Under the pieces are notes generated by a model. That model did not search any database, was not told the origin of the DNA, and was given only the letters and a program-made list of their open reading frames with translations. A stretch of 64,000 nucleotides of DNA from Pirellulales bacterium (GTDB lineage Bacteria > Planctomycetota > Planctomycetia > Pirellulales > PALSA-1355), in NCBI GenBank assembly GCA_963733035.1, contig CAVTBU010000005.1:2880001-2944000 (forward strand), given 5' to 3'. A program made the translations under genes and the position numbers. Of the stretch, positions 56,843 to 64,000 are shown piece by piece. The number at the start of each line of letters is the position of its first letter. The stretch's first letter is position 1.

Positions 56843-57587
56843 ATGCGCACTCTTCTGGTTGCTCTGGTATCGCTGGTTTCATTCCACTCGTCGTTTGCCG
56901 AGTCGCCGGATCCGCCGCTCGATAACAAGCGGCTGACCGTGCACACGCTGGTGCGCGAGGACATCTTTGCGGGCTGGCGCAAAGAACATGGAACGCTTCG
57001 AGCGCGGCGAGAAGAACATCGACCTGTTGCTCGAGCAGCGGCCCCAGTCTCGGGCGGAACTTGTGGCTTGGAAAGGTGGCGCGAAACTCTTTCGCGCGGT
57101 GCTGGCGCTGGAAGCCGGCAATCAAGATGAGTTTCAGAAAAACTACGACGAGGCGGTCGCGCTGCTGGATGAGGCCAAGAAGCTGGGCCCCAAGATTCCC
57201 GGCGTGGCTGCCGTGGTTGGCGGAAGCTACCTGACGTTTGGCGATCGCCTGCCCGAAGTGCATCGCGCCGACGCCTGGCAAAAGGCCTACGACAACTACC
57301 AGGTTCTGTGGAGTCAGCAGGGCAAGCTCGTCGAGCGACTCCCGCTGCATATTCAGGGTGAACTGCTGGCCGGCATGGTGCAATCGGCCCAGCGCACCGG
57401 CCGTCAGAAGGAATACGAGGAGTTCCTCGACAAGGTGATCGAGGTCATGCCCGACACGGCCTACGCGCGAGTCGCAACCCGCTGGAAGAGCGAGCCGGCG
57501 GCCGCGGCCACGGGTAACATTTCTTGCAAGAGCTGCCATGCGGACGGTCGGCTGGAGGCGCGGCTGGCTGTGATTGAGGGGAAGTGA
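56843..57587 (+). CDS. Secreted helical hypothetical protein with a C-terminal CxxCH; 2-nt deletion near 56980
   Basis: Signal peptide MRTLLVALVSLVSFHSSFA; continues in the second frame to SCKSCHADG. Confidence 0.7.
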
Positions 57588-57714
57588 TCGTCTTACTTGT
57601 CAATCGAATGGCGGCGTCTAAACCGTCACGCTCCGTCAATCGCGTGCAGTAAGGCGCAGTCTCGGTCAGGCTGGCGACGAGCGCCCTGTTGCGGAAGCAC
57701 GACTTTGTCCGCCC

Positions 57715-59286
57715 CTAGCATTTGAACCTGAGTGCCCGCCCCGGTTGTTCAGGGCCGGCGATTGTCACCGGCCGACCATGGCTTACGATCTCTGTGCCAG
57801 CCACCAGAACGTGGTCGATGCCGACGCAGTACTGGTGTGGGTCATCGTAAGTCGCCCGGTCGGCGATGGTTTCTGGATCGAAGATTACCAGGTCGGCAAA
57901 CGCCCCTTCGCGGACTTCGCCCCGATCGACCAGGCCGAAGCGCTCGGCCGGGATGCCGGTCATCTTTTGCACGGCGGCTTCGAGCGAAAAGAGCTTGCGG
58001 TCGCGCACGAGTGGTCCGAGCATTCGAGGGGCGGAGCCGTACATCCGGGGATGTACCAGGCCGTCGGAAAAATAGATGCCGTCGGTTCCCATCATAAACT
58101 TGGGATGCTGCAGGAACGGGTCGACCAGCGAATCGTCGCCGGCGACCAGCACCGAGAGGGCGGCCAGGTTTTCCTCGATCAACAAGTCGCAAACGGCCTC
58201 GGCCGCCGGTTGACCGCGGCTGGCGGCCACGTCGGCCAGGGAGCATCCTCGATAGCGGGCGTTGTCTTTCGTCGCACACCAGGCAAAGCGGATCTTTTCG
58301 GGCGGCAGTGGAAAACATTCAAGCAGCGTCGCAAAACGCTCGCGCACGGCCGGATCGCGGAGCTTTTCGCAAACGGCCAGCGGCCCGTCTTCCCACACCT
58401 CGTAGGGAAGCAGGTAGTTGAACATCGTCGAACCACTGGAATAGGGATAAATATCGAACGAGAAGTCGACCGCGTGCACGGCGACCCGATCGACGTAGTC
58501 CAGCAGCTCCTCGGCATCCGCGGGGGTGCCGGCCTTGAGATGCGAAATATGCACCGGCACGCCGGCGCGCTGGCCAATCTCGACGGCTTCTTGCATGCCG
58601 CGAAGCGTCCCCTTCTTGTAACGCACATGGCTGACATAGATGCCGCGCCAGGGAGCCATGGCCGAGCAGACTTCAACCAGCTCGTCGGTTGTGGCAAAGC
58701 ACTCGGCGACATAGTCGAGCCCAGTGGAGATGCCCACCGCGCCGGCGTCCATGGCCTTTTCGACCTCGCGGCGCATGATGTTGATCTGCGTATCGTCGAG
58801 CGGTCCGCGCCGCCAACCGGCCGCCAGCACGCGGACGTTCGCATAAGGGATTTGAGCGATCACGTTCTGCGCCGTGCGGTGATCTAGCAAAGCCAGATAG
58901 TCGGCAATCGACCGCCAGTCCTGGTAATCTTCGAGCACCAGGCCATTCAGCGCACGCTGGTAGCAGAACCAATCTCGCCAGTTGTGCGGCGAGACCGGAG
59001 CATAGGAGATTCCATCGCTCATCAAGATTTCGGTGGTGAAACCTTGACTCGTCTTGGGTAACAAGTTCGGCGTCTTGAGCAGCCAGCCGTCAGCATGCGT
59101 GTGAACGTCGATGAATCCCGGGGACACGACGCGGTTGGCCGCATCGATGGTGCGCGTCGCCTCGGCTGCGGCCAGGTTGCCAACCGCCGTGATGCGAGCG
59201 CCTTGAATGCCGACGTCGGCCGAGAACCGAGGGCCGCCTGTGCCGTCGACGATCGCGCCGCCGCGAATGACCAGGTCAAAAAACAA
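57715..59286 (-). CDS. N-acyl-D-amino-acid deacylase (D-aminoacylase, amidohydrolase family)
   Basis: DLVIRGGAIVDGTG, PGFIDVHTHAD, SHVR, HISHLK, HPRMYGSAPR, ADLVIFDP. Confidence 0.92.
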   Translation of the reverse strand: MFFDLVIRGGAIVDGTGGPRFSADVGIQGARITAVGNLAAAEATRTIDAANRVVSPGFIDVHTHADGWLLKTPNLLPKTSQGFTTEILMSDGISYAPVSPHNWRDWFCYQRALNGLVLEDYQDWRSIADYLALLDHRTAQNVIAQIPYANVRVLAAGWRRGPLDDTQINIMRREVEKAMDAGAVGISTGLDYVAECFATTDELVEVCSAMAPWRGIYVSHVRYKKGTLRGMQEAVEIGQRAGVPVHISHLKAGTPADAEELLDYVDRVAVHAVDFSFDIYPYSSGSTMFNYLLPYEVWEDGPLAVCEKLRDPAVRERFATLLECFPLPPEKIRFAWCATKDNARYRGCSLADVAASRGQPAAEAVCDLLIEENLAALSVLVAGDDSLVDPFLQHPKFMMGTDGIYFSDGLVHPRMYGSAPRMLGPLVRDRKLFSLEAAVQKMTGIPAERFGLVDRGEVREGAFADLVIFDPETIADRATYDDPHQYCVGIDHVLVAGTEIVSHGRPVTIAGPEQPGRALRFKC

Positions 59287-59301
59287 AGGGACCTCCCGGG
59301 C

Positions 59302-62300
59302 TCAAGGCAAACGGTGTCGAACGGTGTAGAAGGCTTCGGCCGGGAAGAACGTCTCGCCGCCGACCAGATTACTCAGGTGAAACTCGTACACAAACCCTTC
59401 GCGCAGTTCGTCCAGCTCGAGCTTCACGCCGCGGGCATCGTCGGCCACCTTGACGCCGCGCACCTTTTCGGCGCGGCGATCGACGTCTTCACCCCCGTAG
59501 GCGGGCGTTGAGATGCGGCGATAGGAGACGACCGAATAGTTTGATGGGTTGGCAGCCTCATCTGTGTTTACGGAGGAGGTGAATTCGATAATGAATCCCC
59601 TCCGGTCGACCCGAACTTCCGCTATCCCGGCGCAAACTCGTGCTTGCGGCGAAGCCGAACGAGTGAGCCGGTGTTCGAGCCGGCGCCCCAGCCGCTGTCA
59701 CGAATGCTACCTAGGTACAGGTCGCCGTCGGGGGCCACCTGGCAGACGAGCGGTCCCTCAAAGGTCGGCTCCTCGCCCATCGGCTCGCGCGAGAACGGAT
59801 ATACGGCGCCTTGATACTCGCCGGCAACGCGCTCGAGAGTCATGCGCACCAGACGTCGGGTGTCGTACTCGCAACCGATGGCGTGTCCCGCGAAGGGGCC
59901 GAAATACTCGGCAGCATTCGTCCGGTCCATATCTTCTGGGAGGACAAGAAAACACAGCCCGTTGACGCTGCGAGTCCAAGGATGCGGGATCTCGATCGCC
60001 GCTGTCTGAAAAGGCGGGTTGAAGCCCGGTTTGTATTCGAGGCGATTGATGAACCCGTAGCGGGCGCCGGGCACGAGGTGATTCAGCTCATTGAACGGGT
60101 TGTAATTGCCCTGGTTGTCCGTGGCGAAAAGTTCGCTGGTGGGCGAGAGAGCAATGCCTTGCGGAAAGCGGAGTCCGGCACAGATTTCTTCGATGGTGTA
60201 GCGTTGGGGATCGTCGTCGGATGGCTCGCGTGGCACGAGCTTGATTGCCCGGCCTCGCAGATTCGCGGCCGCTTCGCTGCGATGATCTTGTTGGCACGGG
60301 AGCGCGACGTAGTAGTTGCCCTCCGCGTCACGCGGCAAGCCGATGGCCCAGTCGTGATAATCGCGGGTGTGACCCCAGCCGGAGGCGATGCATTCAATGC
60401 GGTCGGCCGTGCCGTCATCATCGGTGTCCGTGAGCCGCAGTAGGCCGAACTTGTTGATCACGTCGATGGCATCGCCGTTGGCCGCTACCCCGTACGGCGC
60501 GGCCAGATCGTCGCTGAATGGCAGCAGCTGGTCCTCGATTTCGTCGCCATCGGTATCGTGTGCGAGCCACACGCGACCTTCGAGCGAGCTGACGACCAGC
60601 GTTCCATCGGGTCGCCAGCACAAGCCGGTGGGCATCACCTCGTCTGTTACCGGCAATTGCACCGCGTCGAAGCCCGGCACGACCGCCAGTTCCATGCGCT
60701 CGAGCGTGCGGTCGACCTGGGGCAGCGGTGGAAACCGATCTGGCGTGGCCTCGGAGCGATATTCGAGCGTACAGGTCGCAGGTTGACCGCCCTGGGCGGC
60801 AAATTCGATCGCGGCGCCAAGCGGCGATTGTTCGAATCGTAGGTCGGGTTCGCCAACAGCGGAAAGGGAAACCTGCACGCTGCCGCGAGGACCGTTCAAA
60901 ACAGCCGCACGGCCATCGGCTGCGATGGAAACCTCGCCCGGCAAGGCGAGCAAGCGCCAACGAGCATCGCTGGGGGCGTTGGCGAGAGTTAGTTTACGGC
61001 GGAAACCGGTGGGCTGATCGGCTTGGTTGGCGAGCGGGTCGAACTCTTGTGTCACGTGAATGGCGGTGGGCTTGTCCGCCAAGGAAAAGTGGAGCCGTTG
61101 TGTAAACCTTAGCGCCGTCCCTGTATGCTCGACTGTGTCGAACTCCGTCACGAATTGGCCGATCCGGTCAGGCAGAATCGTCTGCTTGCCGTGTAAGAGG
61201 GAGAGATCGCTGGTCGCGTTTTCCGAGGCCCTTACCGACAAAAGCTGCGGCATGCCGGCTTCCCAATACCAGCTCTTGCCGCGAGTCTGCTGGCGGGCCG
61301 TGTCACCGATCCACCATGCTGCCATGCGCGAGGTGGCCAGGTCGATGAGCACGTTGTGCCGGTTTGCCATTCCGATGACCAGCGGCTTAATGAATAGTTG
61401 GTCGCCGATTTCAATTACCTCGGTCAAGACGGCCGCCGGTTCGGCAACTTCCGGCAAGTTTGCCCGCCGCACGACCCGCAGCGCGTTGGGGCTGGGGGGA
61501 GTGAAATCTGGGCGATTGAGAACGCGCCAAACGGCCGCCAGTTGTTCGTCGAGCCTGGCGTCGAGCACGCCGCGCACCGGCTGTTGCACGGAGGGCATCT
61601 CCATCTGCGGCACAATCCGTGCCGGGTTGCGAACCCACCGATCAAACCACTCGCGTCGCACGCGCTGGCCGATATTCGACAGCGCGCTGCCGTGTGCGTT
61701 CAAGGCGACTTTTTGGGGCTCCCATTTGCCGATGGCGTGACAGCTTGTGCAACCGAAACCATCGGCGGTGACGAGCCGCGGTCCGGCGGCGTCAAGTGCG
61801 GACGTCGAAAGTGAGGCGTCTTGGTCCAGCAGGTTCGCGTCGGGACTTGGTGGGATTCGGTCGGCGGCGATGAAGTGATCGACGATCGTGGTGGTTTCTT
61901 CGGGGCTCAGATCAAACTTCGGCATGCGAATTCGGAGCCACGGCCGCCGCGGACGATCGGGGGCGTCGAGCGACGCAACGAGCGCCCTATCCTGAAGCTT
62001 GTCGCCGATGCCGTGCAATGCCGGCGGTTGAAGTGCTGGAAGCACGTCGGCCAGGGACGCATCGGCGTCGGCCACCGCGGGCAGCCGACCGGCAATTCCG
62101 GGCGTCCAACCCCGGGCGTGACATGCCAGACAATTTCGCTCGGCGAGTAAATCGTGACCACTACGATTGGCCGGCGCGCCTTTGTCAGCGGCCACCTCCT
62201 TCAGGAACGTGCGAATCGCGCGGCGATAGTCCTCGCTCAGCCTGTAACCTGGGCGTTTTCCATCAGCAGACGGATCAGCCAGGCAAGTGTCTTCATTGCG

Positions 62301-63674
62301 AGTGATCGAGGTCGGCGAGAGCGGCGTTTTGTGAATCGAGGTGTCGGAAGCGAGTAATCGGGGAAGTGCGTGACAACTTGCGCAGCCGGCCTGACGCACG
62401 AGTGACATGCCATCGACATCGGAGGGCGATGCGGCGATCTCTCGTGCCGCGGGTGGTTCCTCCAGGGTTTGGAGGTACAGGCTCAGGCTGGTCCGCTGAT
62501 CAGCCGTGAGTGGGAAGACCGGCATCCGATGATCACGGTTGAATCGCGCAGGTTCGTTCAGCCAACGTGCGAAGAACTCGGCCGGGCGCTTTCCGCCCAC
62601 GTGCGATAAATCGCCGCCGCCGAAAAGTCCATCGGTGCCCAGGTTGCCGACACGATGGCAGGCGAGACAGCCGATGCTGCGAAACAAGGTAGCTCCCAGT
62701 TCGGCACTTGGCGGAGGAGGTTCGGGCTCGACACTTTTCTGCTTTTTATTTCGTGACGGCGGCGCGCTTGTGGCTGACTCGCGCAACGTTGAAGGTGGCA
62801 ACGGGTCAGACGCAGTTAAGAGCGTGTCGGCGATGGCTGCGGCTTGAACGGTGCTGAAAGCGAAATGCGGCATGCGACGAGGTGCTCGGTTGTTCTCCTG
62901 CGGCGCACTCAACCACCGAACCAGCCAGTCGCGCGATAAATTATCCGACAATGAAGTCAGCGCTGGCGCTGGCAATGCTTCGGCTTCGCCGGGCAGTTCG
63001 TGACAAGCGGCACACCGCAGGCCGCGCACCAAATGCGCGCCGCGTTCGAAGTTCGGCGAGGGAGTCTGATCGCGATCGTGCAGCAGCCAGCGACTGGCGA
63101 CCGGCTCGAAGCGAAACTGCGGACCTTCCCAAAAGAGCGCGATCCTCGCCGGTTCGGTGGTACGGCGGTACTGAACTTCGAGCCGGTGGAATCCAAATCC
63201 GAGTTCGATTGGCTCTGCCGCCAGCCAGTCCGGTTTGTCCGAGTGACTATCCAGAAGTCGCTGGCCATGGACCGAAAGTTGCACGTGCCCTGCCGCATAG
63301 ACGCGCAACTTGTAGATGCCGGGGGCCTGCGTCCACAACCGACCGGTAAGGGTGACGGAAAACGGACCGGGCGGCAGACGGCGGTCGGGGCTTAAGTTGT
63401 TCCAAACATGCGACAGTCCGTCGACCAGTTTCACGTGTTCGACGCCGTCCGGGCCGCGAAAGCGTGCGATCAGCCCCGGCGCAAACGGGTTCTCTTCCTC
63501 ATCGAGCGCTGCTTCGGCATCTTCGTCGAACCATTGTGCTCGCGCGGGGAGCGCGGTGACGTTGAACAGGAGCACCGCGGCCAGCAGCGTGACGCACCAC
63601 GACAACAAAGCCGGCTGCCTGCATCCAGACAACCGGCCAAGTGTTTGCACGCCAGTGCTCCATAGACGCGTCAT
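59302..63674 (-). CDS. Large secreted PA14 + penta-heme cytochrome c + dehydrogenase-like propeller protein; 1-nt indel near 59628
   Basis: CxxCH x5 (CAACH, CLACH, CASCH, CLACH, CTSCH); N-terminal PA14-like domain; DTDGDE, GLRFPQG, TDNQGNY; C-terminal GIAEVRV...YRRISTPAYGG...YTVRHRLP* lies in another frame (not in the ORF track). Confidence 0.85.
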
Positions 63675-64000
63675 CCAGGCAATCCCGCAACGAGGGCCGC
63701 GCTGGTAGCGGTAGGACACCAGTGACGCTCGACATGCGCAATGACCAGTGCCGTGCCTTGGTCGTGCGGCACAAACGGTTTCATGCGCGGGTTGTACATC
63801 GTGTCGGTCAGGTCGCGCACCAGCACGGAATTCAGTCCGAGCCGGCTCATTTGACGGATGCCGAACGAACGCCCGAGCACGCACATGTTGGTGTGCACAC
63901 CCATGTACAACACGTTCTTGATGCCTTGCTCGACGAAGTAGCTGTAGACCTGCTTGCCGTCGTCGGAGATGAAGTCGCCGTCGGCAATCTCAATGGCCGG
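63671..64000 (-). CDS. Isochorismatase/nicotinamidase-like cysteine hydrolase domain protein, C-terminal part (5' truncated)
   Basis: DFISDDGKQVY...NVLYMGVHTNMCVLGRSFG...VLVRDLTDTMYNP; stop overlaps the next ATG (ATGA). Confidence 0.8.
   Translation of the reverse strand, partial: PAIEIADGDFISDDGKQVYSYFVEQGIKNVLYMGVHTNMCVLGRSFGIRQMSRLGLNSVLVRDLTDTMYNPRMKPFVPHDQGTALVIAHVERHWCPTATSAALVAGLPG

Noticed and set aside
59302..59620. Separate unannotated small gene
   Set aside because: It has no start codon of its own and reads as the frameshifted C-terminus of the multi-heme protein

Overview
A 64-kb, GC-rich, gene-dense bacterial chromosome segment, almost certainly from a planctomycete (three DUF1501 genes, a DUF1549/DUF1553 cytochrome c protein, PVC-type heme-binding CxxCH proteins, a planctomycete-style LRR protein). 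I found no rRNA, tRNA, CRISPR array or transposase. About 45 CDSs are present. Thirteen genes are broken by 14 small indels, and every indel lies in or beside a GCGC tetramer, which suggests a systematic long-read error (possibly from methylation) rather than real pseudogenes. Highlights: (1) At about 1.7-18 kb, a globin-coupled histidine kinase and an NtrC-type sigma-54 activator sit among two universal stress proteins, a cytochrome c'-like protein, a BON-domain protein, a small membrane protein, Hsp20-Lon and a TraR/DksA protein. Six GG-N10-GC sigma-54 promoter motifs lie in front of these units, with a recurring tandem TGCG-N4-CGCA candidate enhancer. Together this is a candidate O2-sensing, DosR-like stress/dormancy regulon driven by sigma-54. 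(2) At 22.6-29.9 kb, a DabA/DabB-type inorganic-carbon pump operon is extended by a second, NuoM-like subunit with altered charged residues and followed by a beta-carbonic anhydrase. (3) At 30-40 kb there is an uncharacterised catabolic cluster. The rest holds lhr, carB, crcB, a D-aminoacylase and large periplasmic PA14/multi-heme proteins. All calls come from motif recognition by eye; no database searches were run.
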